Of a DNA stretch of 64,000 nt, positions 9,919-19,973 are shown one piece after another. This DNA comes from a virus, in IMG/VR virus record IMGVR_UViG_3300009104_001476. One strand, written 5' to 3'. Each line of letters opens with the position of its first letter. Within the stretch, counting starts at the first letter, position 1. The notes under the pieces were generated by a model that was not told the DNA's origin, ran no database searches, and saw only the letters and a list, made by a program, of their open reading frames with translations. Both the position numbers and the translations under genes were made by a program.

Positions 9919-10375
9919 ACTAACTTGGTCAGAATACGCTTTAAACATAGCGGAAGCTGCTTCATTGAGGAGCGAAGACCCTTACGTGAAGGTTGGAGCT
10001 TGTGCTTTAGATCATGACTATAGAGTGTTAGGGGTTGGTTACAATGGGGTAGCCTCTGGTAAAGATACGGGCTATGATTTTTGGAGAGATAGAGATTCTC
10101 GTAGGCCTTTTATTATCCATGCGGAAGCTAATTGTTTGTCCCTCTTTAAAAGAGGTGAATGTCAAATTTTAGCTGTTACGCTCTTACCATGCTCTCATTG
10201 TGCTACAATGATCGCTGGTTATGGGATAGGTCAAGTGGTTTATAGAGATGAGTACGAAAAAGATGAAGGCGCTAAAAAAATTTTTGATTTCTATGGGATT
10301 CGGTATCGTAAAATAAAAAAAACTGAAAAATTTTCCGAAGACCAAAAAAATCCCAAAGTGGACGATATACTATAG
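9899..10375 (+). CDS. dCMP deaminase
   Basis: RSEDPYVKVGA, GYNG, HAEAN, PCSHC. Confidence 0.92.
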   Translation: MSLSQNRLTWSEYALNIAEAASLRSEDPYVKVGACALDHDYRVLGVGYNGVASGKDTGYDFWRDRDSRRPFIIHAEANCLSLFKRGECQILAVTLLPCSHCATMIAGYGIGQVVYRDEYEKDEGAKKIFDFYGIRYRKIKKTEKFSEDQKNPKVDDIL

Positions 10376-10387
10376 TGGACGATATAC
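10357..10387. repeat. tandem 14-bp direct repeat AGTGGACGATATAC x2 (period 17)
   Basis: 10357-10370 and 10374-10387. Confidence 0.9.
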
Positions 10388-10391
10388 AGAG

Positions 10392-10562
10392 ATGGCTAAA
10401 AAACACAGAAAATATTTTAGGACTAAAAAAGGCAAGAAAGCTTTAAGAAAAGCGCGTAAAGCTTATGACGAGAGAGACCCCGAAAGAAGAAGACGTCAGA
10501 AAAGAGAGTACATGAGGAGGAAAAGGCAAAAAGAAAGAGAGCAAAGAGAGGAAATAGAATGA
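10392..10562 (+). CDS. 56-aa Arg/Lys-rich protein
   Basis: Manual translation MAKKHRKYFRTKKGKKALRKARK...; ATGA overlap with next gene. Confidence 0.6.
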   Translation: MAKKHRKYFRTKKGKKALRKARKAYDERDPERRRRQKREYMRRKRQKEREQREEIE

Positions 10563-11473
10563 ATGTCCTTTTAACATCTGTGGGCTGTATGGGTTATGTG
10601 GGCTTAATAAAAGCTTTTCAAAAAGAGGAGTGTAAAGTTTTTGGCGTAGATTGCTCCAGTGATGCTGTCGGTTTTAGTTTTTGTGATGGCTCCGCAGTAG
10701 TCCCTCACGGAGATAACGAAGCTTACACCACTGAATTATTAAAAGTCTGTAAGGATTATAATATAGAATTAATTGTGCCTTCTTCTGATAACGAAATATT
10801 AAAAGTGGCAGAGGACAGGCCGATGTTTGAAGGCTTGGGCGTGTCGGTATTATTGCCTTCTGACAACTCTTTGAGGATTTGTAATGATAAGAGTCATTTT
10901 TATGAGCACTTATTTGGGTGGGGCATACTCCATCCGGAAGTTCGTAACCCTTTAGACGCAGAATTTCCAGCTATACTAAAACCGAAAGTGGGAAAAGGCT
11001 CCACGGGTGTTCGTGTTATCACGAAGATGGATCAGTTAAAACCGTGGAGGGAGTGGAATACAAATTGCATTCTTCAAGATTTTATAAAAGGGGATGAATA
11101 TACCGTAGATATTCTAGCGAATAAGAGTTCTACAATTTTGTCTATGGTTCAAAGAAAAAGAACTCGCGTAGAATCTGGAATTAGCGTGGCGGCGGAAGTG
11201 GTAGAGGATGAGCATGGTAGAGCCATTTGTAGCCAGCTAAACGATAGATTACAGATGCGCGGAATGTACTGTGTTCAATACATCAAGAACTCAAACGGCA
11301 TATATGTATTAGAGATTAACCCTAGATTTGGCGGGGGGAGCGTTTTATCTTTAAGAGCTGACCCTACAATTATTTTAAATTATTTAAACATTGCTCAAGA
11401 TAAGCCTATAGAGGTCTTATGCGATCCAGCGAAAATAAAAATGAGGCGTTATTATGCGGAAGTCTTCGAATAA
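10559..11473 (+). CDS. ATP-grasp domain protein (carbamoyl-phosphate-synthase-like)
   Basis: ILKPKVGKGSTGV, QDFIKGDEYTVD, LEINPRFGGG. Confidence 0.9.
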   Translation: MNVLLTSVGCMGYVGLIKAFQKEECKVFGVDCSSDAVGFSFCDGSAVVPHGDNEAYTTELLKVCKDYNIELIVPSSDNEILKVAEDRPMFEGLGVSVLLPSDNSLRICNDKSHFYEHLFGWGILHPEVRNPLDAEFPAILKPKVGKGSTGVRVITKMDQLKPWREWNTNCILQDFIKGDEYTVDILANKSSTILSMVQRKRTRVESGISVAAEVVEDEHGRAICSQLNDRLQMRGMYCVQYIKNSNGIYVLEINPRFGGGSVLSLRADPTIILNYLNIAQDKPIEVLCDPAKIKMRRYYAEVFE

Positions 11474-12164
11474 AGTACTAGTAATTAGCCCTCATTCTGA
11501 CGATAGTGAATATGGCTTAGGAGGTACTATTATTCGCCATTTGCAGGAAGGGGATTATGTCCATATAGGGTTAGTTGTCGCGGATTCTGTAGATTTCGTT
11601 CACGTGGACAGCGCTATTGTCCCTAGCGATGTCAGGGTTAGAGAATTTATGGAGGTTATACAAGCTTATTCCAAATATGGGAATATAAGGTCTAGCATAT
11701 GGATGACAGACGAGACGAATGATTATGGTTTTGGTTTGGAAAGCAGGCTCGACGCGATACCCATTCGAGACGTAGTGAATTATGTAGAGAAAGAGATGAA
11801 AAGCCTTAAACCTAACGTATTATATTATCCGAGTAAAAGTCACCATCAGGATCATCGCGTGGTTTACGAAGCTTGCTCGACTGCTTGTAGGCCGACCCAG
11901 CCGTTTTTACCAGACGAAATATATCTTTACGAGTTGCCCACCTCTTTTTGGAATAACAATAAAGAGAGATATTTCGTGCCAAATACTTATGTTTCAATAG
12001 ATATTGACAAGAAATCAGAAGTGGTGGGGCTTCATAAGTCCCAAATAAGACCTCAAGACAATAAGTTAAGTGCTGAGTCTATAATAGATCAAGCTAAAGT
12101 TAGAGGAGATGAGGTCGGGGAGAGGTATTGTGAGGCTTTTGAGTTAATAAGAAGTAAAAGATGA
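11454..12164 (+). CDS. PIG-L/LmbE family N-deacetylase
   Basis: ISPHSDDSEYGLGG, HHQDH, HKSQ, EAF. Confidence 0.9.
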   Translation: MRKSSNKVLVISPHSDDSEYGLGGTIIRHLQEGDYVHIGLVVADSVDFVHVDSAIVPSDVRVREFMEVIQAYSKYGNIRSSIWMTDETNDYGFGLESRLDAIPIRDVVNYVEKEMKSLKPNVLYYPSKSHHQDHRVVYEACSTACRPTQPFLPDEIYLYELPTSFWNNNKERYFVPNTYVSIDIDKKSEVVGLHKSQIRPQDNKLSAESIIDQAKVRGDEVGERYCEAFELIRSKR

Positions 12165-12877
12165 AAATAAATTACTTATTTGATATAGACGGAACCTTGA
12201 CTCCCCCTCGAAGTAAAATGACTAGTGAGTTTTCTTTCTTTTTTTTAAATTGGATGACAGGCAGAAACATTTACTTGGTGACGGGTAGCGATAGGGAAAA
12301 AATTATACAACAAGTTCCAAACAGTATATTAGTTAGGTGCAAGGGTGTTTTTTCATCTATGGCTAACGAATTCAGAAGTGAGGATCAGTTGATTTATAGT
12401 AATGATTGGAATCCTTCCCCTAAGTTAATTAAAGACTTAACAATGATTCGTGCAAGCTCAAACTATGATCTGAAAAAAGAGAATTACATAGAGTACAGGA
12501 AGGGCATGGTTAATTTTTCGGTAGCCGGTAGAGAATCTACCATAAAACAAAGGCGGAGATATTCGGCTTGGGATAAAGAGAATAATGAAAGAGAAGGTAT
12601 CGTAAAAACCTTAAGAGCTAAATATAAAAGGCTTGAATTTTGTCTAGGCGGAGAAATAAGCATAGATATACAGCCGAAAGGCAAGAATAAGTCTCAAGCG
12701 AGCAAATGGATTCGTAAATATGAAGGTGGAAAAATAGTATTTTTTGGAGATAAATGCATGGAAGGCGGGAATGATTATGATATTGTTGAAGATATCAAAA
12801 AAAACAAGAAGGACAAGTATTTTCAGGTTGACAATTTTTTAACTACCCGTAAACTATTAGAAGCGGATGAAGAATAA
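12161..12877 (+). CDS. phosphomannomutase, eukaryotic-type HAD-IIB
   Basis: FDIDGTLT, VTGSD, IEYRKGMVNFS, GGEISIDI, KNK, FFGDK..GGNDY. Confidence 0.9.
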   Translation: MKINYLFDIDGTLTPPRSKMTSEFSFFFLNWMTGRNIYLVTGSDREKIIQQVPNSILVRCKGVFSSMANEFRSEDQLIYSNDWNPSPKLIKDLTMIRASSNYDLKKENYIEYRKGMVNFSVAGRESTIKQRRRYSAWDKENNEREGIVKTLRAKYKRLEFCLGGEISIDIQPKGKNKSQASKWIRKYEGGKIVFFGDKCMEGGNDYDIVEDIKKNKKDKYFQVDNFLTTRKLLEADEE

Positions 12878-13073
12878 GCAACAAGCTTTAGCTCTGTTGG
12901 AAGATTTAATAGAGGCTTCTTCTAATATAGATGAATTACATAAGAAAAAATCTATACAGGAAGGCAAAGCGGTAAGAGCGGTGGGCGAGAGTTGGCTGTT
13001 GTTCCATTTAAGAGTGTTGCGCGACTTAATTAACGAGGAAGAAGCTCATGGACAAAAAGAAACTAAAAACTAA
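12867..13073 (+). CDS. hypothetical protein
   Basis: ORF track. Confidence 0.6.
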   Translation: MKNKQQALALLEDLIEASSNIDELHKKKSIQEGKAVRAVGESWLLFHLRVLRDLINEEEAHGQKETKN

Positions 13074-13590
13074 AGACGGTAGCGAATTCACTGTTTTTTA
13101 TTTAAAAACAGAGCCCAAATGGGGAAAAGATAAATTCGGACACAATGCCGATGAGAACAAATACTATTTAACGCCCGAAGAGGCGGAACCTATAGTGCAA
13201 GATAATTACGCTTCTTGGGAAATAAAAGAGGCAGGGCTGTGGGACATTTACGGTCACCTTTATAAAGACCAAGAAAAGTCTTTAGAGGGTGACTTTTTTG
13301 ACTTTCCTTTCCCCTCTTTTGGTTTACCTTTCTCCAAGAAAGAAGAAGTCGTGATAGACGATAGAATAGAGTCGGATGCAGTTTTAACCCCTTTAAAGGG
13401 CTGTGTATATAGATATTCACAAGATATGCGTCTTTATAGGTACGTCTCAGAAAAAATGGTAGATCAGGAGCCCCTTTGGGAGCTTGCAGATAACAAGAAG
13501 AATATTTACCTTGTGCCAGCGGAAGATTGCTATCTTTATGCCGTTAACCAAAACGAGCTAGATGAATTTTTGAGAAAGGAGACTGGCTGA
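13048..13590 (+). CDS. hypothetical protein
   Basis: ORF track. Confidence 0.65.
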   Translation: MDKKKLKTKDGSEFTVFYLKTEPKWGKDKFGHNADENKYYLTPEEAEPIVQDNYASWEIKEAGLWDIYGHLYKDQEKSLEGDFFDFPFPSFGLPFSKKEEVVIDDRIESDAVLTPLKGCVYRYSQDMRLYRYVSEKMVDQEPLWELADNKKNIYLVPAEDCYLYAVNQNELDEFLRKETG

Positions 13591-13591
13591 C

Positions 13592-14242
13592 ATGGCTTTT
13601 TTAGATGTTAATAACCTACTCTCTACGCCCAAGTGGCGACATATTAGCGGTCAAGGAATGTGTCACAGACCTCACAAAAGGCTTATTTTGCAAAGTTTAG
13701 TTTCCGTTTTAGAGTCTCATGTAGAAGGGGATATAGTCGAGTTAGGTTGTCACGAGGGCGGACTAAGCAAATATCTCAAACTCGTATTAGATTTATACGA
13801 CGTGTACCCGCATCGTAAGAAGCTTTATCTTTATGATAGCTTTGAAGGACTCCCAACCAGTCGCCGTGCTCACGAAGCGGGATGGGAGGGGATGGAGACA
13901 ACAGTAGAGGAAGTCCTCCTATCTTTTGAAATTAATAATATCTCCCCCCCATATAAAATACATAAAGGTTGGTTCAAAGAACTTAAACCGGAGGACTTGC
14001 CCGAAAAAATCGCTTTCGCTTTTTATGATGGTGATTTATATGAGAGTATTTACGATAGCTTTGAAAAGACTTACCACTTGGTTTCCGAAGGGGGTACGAT
14101 AGTAATTCACGATTACGGAGACCCTAGGTTTAAAGGGGTCGAAGAGGCTTGTCTCGATTTTTTAGGGGACAAAGCCCAAGATATTGTAATGTCCGATGAG
14201 TCAGCCGAATGCCGGTTCGTAGGAGTTTTACAAAAAAAATAA
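13592..14242 (+). CDS. TylF/MycF (macrocin O-methyltransferase) family
   Basis: VEGDIVELG, YDSFEGLP, KGWF, DGDLYES, VIHDY. Confidence 0.9.
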   Translation: MAFLDVNNLLSTPKWRHISGQGMCHRPHKRLILQSLVSVLESHVEGDIVELGCHEGGLSKYLKLVLDLYDVYPHRKKLYLYDSFEGLPTSRRAHEAGWEGMETTVEEVLLSFEINNISPPYKIHKGWFKELKPEDLPEKIAFAFYDGDLYESIYDSFEKTYHLVSEGGTIVIHDYGDPRFKGVEEACLDFLGDKAQDIVMSDESAECRFVGVLQKK

Positions 14243-14359
14243 TATAATGAAAAATAAAAAATACAACATTGATCATAAGAATAATAAATTCGATGATAAT
14301 CGCTTATCGAACCTTAAACTTATTAAGATTGAACCAAATAAACCAAAGAAGCCTTTAAA

Positions 14360-14590
14360 ATGAAAAAATCCTTATATAAAGCCTTAGAATCCAGATACAA
14401 AGCCGAACTGCATGAAGCAGAAGCCACCCTTGAGGTATATTTCAACAATGCCGTTGGAATTGGCGAACATCCTCAAATGGTAGAAGAAATGGCAAAACAG
14501 TTAGAGAAAATGTCCAACGCGGAAGACTGTTTACTGACCTTGGAAGAAAACTTCAAAGAGGAGGAAGAGTACAGGTGTAAGCCTTTATGA
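14360..14590 (+). CDS. conserved hypothetical phage protein
   Basis: VYFNNAVGIGEHP motif recalled from T4-like marine phages. Confidence 0.7.
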   Translation: MKKSLYKALESRYKAELHEAEATLEVYFNNAVGIGEHPQMVEEMAKQLEKMSNAEDCLLTLEENFKEEEEYRCKPL

Positions 14591-14591
14591 A

Positions 14592-14780
14592 ATGCCGTTG
14601 TCTCACAAGGAATTTATTGAAGCTTTAACAGAGATAGAACAGGAATACATAAAATTAAGAAGTAGTGACTCTTCACACGAAAGAAGAACAGCCCAATTAG
14701 CTTTGCTTGTTTTAAATAGACTGAAGAGAAGAATAACAAAGAAGATAATTGAGAAACATGGAAATCAAACTAAAACATAA
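14592..14780 (+). CDS. hypothetical protein
   Basis: ORF track. Confidence 0.55.
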   Translation: MPLSHKEFIEALTEIEQEYIKLRSSDSSHERRTAQLALLVLNRLKRRITKKIIEKHGNQTKT

Positions 14781-14970
14781 AGACGGCAGATCAATGCCTC
14801 TCGAAAGAGCTTTGAGAATTCTTAAGAAGAAGCTTGATAAAGAGGGCACTATTAAAGAGGTTAGAAAACGTAGATTTTACGAGAAGAAAAGCGTTAAAAA
14901 ATACAGGAAAAAGAAAAACGCTAAATATGCCGCTAAGATGCAAGCTAAAGAAAACGAACTTTGGCGTTGA
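14758..14970 (+). CDS. rpsU: 30S ribosomal protein bS21
   Basis: [34 protein letters not shown] follows the bS21 pattern. Confidence 0.9.
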   Translation: MEIKLKHKDGRSMPLERALRILKKKLDKEGTIKEVRKRRFYEKKSVKKYRKKKNAKYAAKMQAKENELWR

Positions 14971-15001
14971 CTTTGTTTTAACCTTCATGTAATATAAATA
15001 C

Positions 15002-15547
15002 ATGGAGAACAAAAATGTTTTAGATAAGACTCGTACCTATTTAGTGGGACATATGCAATACTCCGATGGTAGAGATTGGAGAGAGCATGTCGAAAAAGAG
15101 TTAGAGTCTTTAAACATCACAGTCTTTAATCCTTATAAAAAACCTTTCGTAAAGGATGTCAATGAAGACGAAACTGCTCGAACAAGAATGTCGGAAGACA
15201 TGGTTAATGGTTACTACAGTGATGTAGCCGAAAGGATGAGCACGGTTCGTAGTTACGATCTTAACCTAGTAGATAGATCTGATTTTATTATAGCTCATTT
15301 ACTTCCAGATGTTGCAAGCTGGGGCAGCGCAGAAGAAATTGTTACCGCAGTAAGAATGAAGAAACCTATATTCATTTCAATGGAAGGCGGAAAATCCCAA
15401 ACACCTCTTTGGATTATGGGTATGCTTCCGCATCATTATATTTATGATAGTGTTGATGATGTTTTATCAATGATTCACCAAATAAACGACGGAAATAAAG
15501 CTATTGATAGCGATAGGTGGAGGCTTTTAAGAAAGGAGTTACGATAA
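15002..15547 (+). CDS. nucleoside 2-deoxyribosyltransferase-like protein
   Basis: TYLVGHM, VFNP, DLNLVDRSDFII, SWGSAEEI, KKP. Confidence 0.7.
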   Translation: MENKNVLDKTRTYLVGHMQYSDGRDWREHVEKELESLNITVFNPYKKPFVKDVNEDETARTRMSEDMVNGYYSDVAERMSTVRSYDLNLVDRSDFIIAHLLPDVASWGSAEEIVTAVRMKKPIFISMEGGKSQTPLWIMGMLPHHYIYDSVDDVLSMIHQINDGNKAIDSDRWRLLRKELR

Positions 15548-15687
15548 TCTATGTTACCCGATTGGCTATATAAAATAGAGAGGAAGTTAGATGATTGTAA
15601 TCATATCATGGAGCTAGGTAGAACCTGTTTAGCTCTTTGCACTTTAGTGCTTCAAGTTGTAATACTGTTAAAATTATTTAATGTGAT

Positions 15688-16098
15688 TTGATGAAAACGG
15701 GTTTCGTAGCTAGTTGTTTTGATATGCTTCATGCGGGACATTGTCTTATGTTAAAAGACGCGTCTTTTCAATGTGATCATTTAGTAGCAGCACTTCAGAC
15801 AGATCCGACAATAGATCGTCCGGAAAAAAATAGGCCAATACAGTCTTTCCCAGAAAGAATGCTTCAGCTTGAAGCCGTCCGTTATATTGATGAAATTGTT
15901 GTTTACAATACTGAAGAAGAATTAGTTGAGTGGCTAAAAGTGATTAAGCCAGATGTCCGTATTCTGGGTAGTGACTACAAAGATAAGTTTTATTATACGG
16001 GCAAAGATTTAGAAGAGCACTTAGGTATAGAGATATATTTTCATGATAGAAATTATCATTGGTCTACCAGCGAGTTAAGGGAAAGGGTATTAAAGTGA
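15688..16098 (+). CDS. cytidylyltransferase (TagD/glycerol-3-phosphate CTase-like)
   Basis: [28 protein letters not shown]. Confidence 0.9.
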   Translation: MMKTGFVASCFDMLHAGHCLMLKDASFQCDHLVAALQTDPTIDRPEKNRPIQSFPERMLQLEAVRYIDEIVVYNTEEELVEWLKVIKPDVRILGSDYKDKFYYTGKDLEEHLGIEIYFHDRNYHWSTSELRERVLK

Positions 16099-17255
16099 GA
16101 ATTGAGCCTGAAATGAAGTTAGATTATAAGGACGTTCTTTTGCGTCCTAAGCGTTCAGAGTTAACGTCTCGTAAGGACGTTAATTTGATGCGTGAGTTTA
16201 CCTTTAAGAACGCTGGAGGGGAAGGGTCAGACCCTAAAGCGTATAGCTGGAAGGGCATCCCTATTGTGGCGGCAAATATGGATACCGTGGGGACTTTTGA
16301 AACGGCCAAGGCTCTTGCCCAACATCATATGTTGACTTGTATCAGTAAGCATAGTGATGTAGATAGGTGGATTCATAAGCTGTGTGGCTATGGGGTTTAC
16401 AAAACCAAAGAGCAAAAGAAAGCTAATGAAGGAAGCTGGAAATATGAACGAGGAGCAAAGGATTGGCAAAGCAGAATTTATGACCATATTTGTCCTTCTA
16501 TCGGTATTAAATATGATCCAAATAAAATGGATGATATAGATTATTTAAACAGTATTCAGTGGAACTTTTATCATAATAGGTTCGTATGTATTGATGCAGC
16601 GAATGGATATACATCAAGGTTTTGTGATTTTATTAAACGAGTCAGAGAAGAACACCCCGCTCTTATTATCATAGCGGGAAATGTTGTCACTGGCGAAATG
16701 ACAGAGGAGATATTATTAAGTGGAGCAGATATTGTTAAAGTGGGTATTGGCGGCGGGTCTGTTTGCACTACTCGTATACAAACTGGTGTGGGTTATCCTC
16801 AACTCAGCGCAGTCATTGAATGCGCGGATGCTGCTCATGGGATTGGTGGGCATATTATGGCTGACGGTGGGTGTGTATCTGCTGGCGACGTGGCCAAAGC
16901 CTTTTGTGCTGGTGCTGATTTTGTTATGCTGGGCGGGATGTTGGCGGGTCATACTGAATCAGAAGGGCAAGAGGAAGAAGTAGACGGAGAGAAATATAAA
17001 ACATTTTATGGAATGAGTTCCGACACGGCCATGAACAAATATCATGGCGGAGTTGCGAACTATCGCTCCTCAGAAGGAAAAACAATAAGGATAAAACATC
17101 GTGGACTTATTAAGCATACTGTGGAACATATTCTTGGTGGCTTGCGTAGTGCTTGTACTTATATTGGTGCTAAGGAGTTAAAAGATATGCCTAAGTGCGC
17201 TACCTTTATAAGAGTTAGTCAGCAATCAAACGAAGTGTTTGGAAAAAATATTTAA
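16095..17255 (+). CDS. guaC: GMP reductase
   Basis: [58 protein letters not shown]. Confidence 0.95.
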   Translation: MRIEPEMKLDYKDVLLRPKRSELTSRKDVNLMREFTFKNAGGEGSDPKAYSWKGIPIVAANMDTVGTFETAKALAQHHMLTCISKHSDVDRWIHKLCGYGVYKTKEQKKANEGSWKYERGAKDWQSRIYDHICPSIGIKYDPNKMDDIDYLNSIQWNFYHNRFVCIDAANGYTSRFCDFIKRVREEHPALIIIAGNVVTGEMTEEILLSGADIVKVGIGGGSVCTTRIQTGVGYPQLSAVIECADAAHGIGGHIMADGGCVSAGDVAKAFCAGADFVMLGGMLAGHTESEGQEEEVDGEKYKTFYGMSSDTAMNKYHGGVANYRSSEGKTIRIKHRGLIKHTVEHILGGLRSACTYIGAKELKDMPKCATFIRVSQQSNEVFGKNI

Positions 17256-17873
17256 ATGGGCGGTTATACTAATCATAAATATTACAATAGCAATATAAGA
17301 GGTTCCGCTTGGAATAGGAGTATTTCTAAGGGTTCTAGATCTAACGGTTTTCTACCTAAAGATCAATACATTGCGAATTTAAAAGCGGGTAATAAATGGG
17401 ATAATTACGCTTCTTATTACAAGAGCCCAGAGTGGAAAAGTAAAAGACTCAAGATAATAGAAAAAAATAACAATACTTGCGAAAGATGCTATAGGGTTTT
17501 CCCTTCGGAAGAGTTAGACGTACACCATCAACGATATAGTGTGCGTGTTGGTGAAGATGATGAGGCGGATTTAGAATGTTTATGTAGTAATTGTCATATG
17601 CTACACAATGAAGTATGTGATATAGCAGGTGTCTATAAAGGAGGTGAAGCTCTTTTCATAAAACCTGATATGAAAGGGAGAATTGCGAGAGCTATGTATC
17701 AATATGCGCCTTGGATGTTTGAAGATGTTGATTTCGATCCCGATTGGGACTATTTAGATGATTTAGATTATGATATAGTACTTAAAAAAATGAAGACTTT
17801 CCTTGGGAAATGGATGATGAACGTACCACAAGAAGACAATGTTCCCGATAAGGATTATTTAGATGATTTCTAA
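17256..17873 (+). CDS. HNH endonuclease
   Basis: YYKSPEW, CERC, DVHH, LCSNCH. Confidence 0.85.
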   Translation: MGGYTNHKYYNSNIRGSAWNRSISKGSRSNGFLPKDQYIANLKAGNKWDNYASYYKSPEWKSKRLKIIEKNNNTCERCYRVFPSEELDVHHQRYSVRVGEDDEADLECLCSNCHMLHNEVCDIAGVYKGGEALFIKPDMKGRIARAMYQYAPWMFEDVDFDPDWDYLDDLDYDIVLKKMKTFLGKWMMNVPQEDNVPDKDYLDDF

Positions 17874-17918
17874 TAAAATAAATTATATTTAATTTTTAAT
17901 AAAACTATAATAAATAGT

Positions 17919-18410
17919 ATGAATACTTTCACTAAATGGTTCTTATTAAATGCTGTTATGTTGACAGCCATTTTTTTTGCACAGCAAAGAGACTTAATCT
18001 CAACAATGATAGAGGGGGATTTATCCCATATTTCAGTGCTTATAATGATTTTATACATACTGATGTCCGCTTTCGTGGGTAGGCTTTGCTATTTATCTGA
18101 TAAAATAAGTAAAGATAGTAAGATTAAAAGAGTTAAAGAGAAAGACTACTTAACTAAACGAGCAGATGTAGGTTGGTTTGCGGCAGAGCATTTCTTCTCT
18201 TTGGGCCTTTTGGGGACTATTATTGGGCTTATATTAGCTACACAGGGGAGTCTTGATAGCTCCACACCCACAAGTGAAATAGTGGCGGGGTTGAAGAAGG
18301 GTCTGAACACGGCGTTTTATACGACAGTGTGCGGTATAGTTTTCAGTTTACCTCTTCAGGTTCAGCTTATGATATTAAAGTTTAAGTTGGAGAAAAAAGA
18401 AGATGCGTAG
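17919..18410 (+). CDS. MotA/TolQ/ExbB proton-channel family protein
   Basis: LGLLGTIIGLI ... GLNTAFYTTVCG TM pair. Confidence 0.85.
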   Translation: MNTFTKWFLLNAVMLTAIFFAQQRDLISTMIEGDLSHISVLIMILYILMSAFVGRLCYLSDKISKDSKIKRVKEKDYLTKRADVGWFAAEHFFSLGLLGTIIGLILATQGSLDSSTPTSEIVAGLKKGLNTAFYTTVCGIVFSLPLQVQLMILKFKLEKKEDA

Positions 18411-18993
18411 ATTTTTTTCATTTCGGCCATTTATTGACGTTTTATTTTGCTGCTTACTCATGTTAGTAGCGATACTTTTCTTATTGAAAACCGAAGAGGA
18501 GAAAACTAAAATGCGCCCACCAAATGTCATCTATGAAGTTGTTTTAACTTGGGATGGTAAAAGCGGTGACGATTTAGACCTATACGTTCAGGCGGCTTCA
18601 GGACACGTCGTAAGCTTCAATAATAGAGAAGGGGGTAGCGGCAGTTTAATTAGCTTAGATCATGATGCTCTTGGCTTAAGGAACAATAGTCTCGGAGAAG
18701 GACAAGAGGGGCAGATTACGCCCTTTCATGAAGAAGTGGTATCTTTCAGGGGAGTTCTTGAGGGAGAGAACGTAGTGACTATTCATGTCTACGCAAAAAG
18801 GGACGACGAACCAATAAAAGCTACTATTAAATTAATTAGGGTTAAGCCTTTTAAAGAAGTCGTTACGAAAGAAATAGTATTTGAATCCGTAGGGCAAGAA
18901 AAAACCGCCTTTAGATTTAAGACAAGTAAGACCGCAGAGGTCATAGACATTAACGAGTTACCTGCTAAATTGGTTAGGTCTTTAGGACAATGA
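18403..18993 (+). CDS. ExbD/MotB-like single-TM protein with YfaP-like periplasmic domain
   Basis: N-terminal PFIDVLFCCLL (ExbD/TolR TM Asp motif); LTWD...DLDLYV. Confidence 0.65.
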   Translation: MRRFFSFRPFIDVLFCCLLMLVAILFLLKTEEEKTKMRPPNVIYEVVLTWDGKSGDDLDLYVQAASGHVVSFNNREGGSGSLISLDHDALGLRNNSLGEGQEGQITPFHEEVVSFRGVLEGENVVTIHVYAKRDDEPIKATIKLIRVKPFKEVVTKEIVFESVGQEKTAFRFKTSKTAEVIDINELPAKLVRSLGQ

Positions 18994-19108
18994 AAAAACT
19001 AGAAAAAACCAAGGATTTGTTTTTATTAGCTTTTTGGGGCACCGCTTATCTCTTAAAAGCTATAGTTGAGATTCCTTACTTGTGGATCAAATCGTTATTT
19101 GATAAAAA

Positions 19109-19645
19109 ATGATTTATTTATTATATGGTCAACCAGCGTCAGGCAAGACGACCCTAGGAGGTCTACTTGCTAAACAATTAGACACGCCATTCATCATAGA
19201 TGGAGATGAGTTTAGGGAAATGTTTACTAATAAAAATTATGGGCGTGAAGGGCGTGAGGAGAACATTAGAAACGCAAACGCCGTAGCAACCTATTTGAAC
19301 AAAAAGGGCAAAAATGGGAATTGGAAGGCTGTTTATACGAACAATGGAGAAAATAGCTGGGAAAGCCATCCTATCAATAAAGAAACTCACGTGGTTATGT
19401 CTTTAGTAAACCCCTACAAACACTTGAGAGATGAATTGACTCAAAATAATATGCGGGAGTTCCCCCCTCAAGAGGATGGTTGGGTTCGGAATGAGGTGGT
19501 GGAGATATTATTGCGGTCAGGCAGAGACTTAAGGAAAGAGTACCATGTAGAAGATTTTGAAGAGGGTAATCCAAATTATATTATAAACACAGATCAAGAA
19601 GTAGGAGAGAGTTGGGATTACTTGAAGACTTTATTAGATTTATGA
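19109..19645 (+). CDS. cysC: adenylylsulfate kinase-like P-loop kinase
   Basis: GQPASGKTT, IDGDEFR, YGREGREENI, VMSLVNPY. Confidence 0.75.
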   Translation: MIYLLYGQPASGKTTLGGLLAKQLDTPFIIDGDEFREMFTNKNYGREGREENIRNANAVATYLNKKGKNGNWKAVYTNNGENSWESHPINKETHVVMSLVNPYKHLRDELTQNNMREFPPQEDGWVRNEVVEILLRSGRDLRKEYHVEDFEEGNPNYIINTDQEVGESWDYLKTLLDL

Positions 19646-19890
19646 GATTACTATTATTACTATTATTAGTCTTGTCTATAGGCTGCAAGACCTATTACGC
19701 TCCGAGCGGTAAAGCTTTTCCTTGGGGTTGGGGTCAACCTCCACAAATACAGACAAAAGATTATGTTCCTCTTCCAGATGGGTACGGACACGGGAGCAGC
19801 ACGCTAAAAAGTTGGATAAAGCTAAATAAACAGAAAGTCCAAGTACAAAAGGCCCTTAATGAAATGAATGAACATGGGAGGAGTTATTGA
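19642..19890 (+). CDS. putative lipoprotein
   Basis: MRLLLLLLLVLSIGC lipobox. Confidence 0.6.
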   Translation: MRLLLLLLLVLSIGCKTYYAPSGKAFPWGWGQPPQIQTKDYVPLPDGYGHGSSTLKSWIKLNKQKVQVQKALNEMNEHGRSY

Positions 19891-19973
19891 ATGATACCAC
19901 TCATAGCAGTAGGAGTAGCGATAGGAATAACGATATTAATATGTATCTGGTTAACTAAGTTCATAGAGCTAAA

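Noticed and set aside
17919-18993. Zorya defence system
   Set aside because: MotA-like protein lacks the long ZorA tail, the partner lacks an OmpA domain, and there is no ZorC/D/E.
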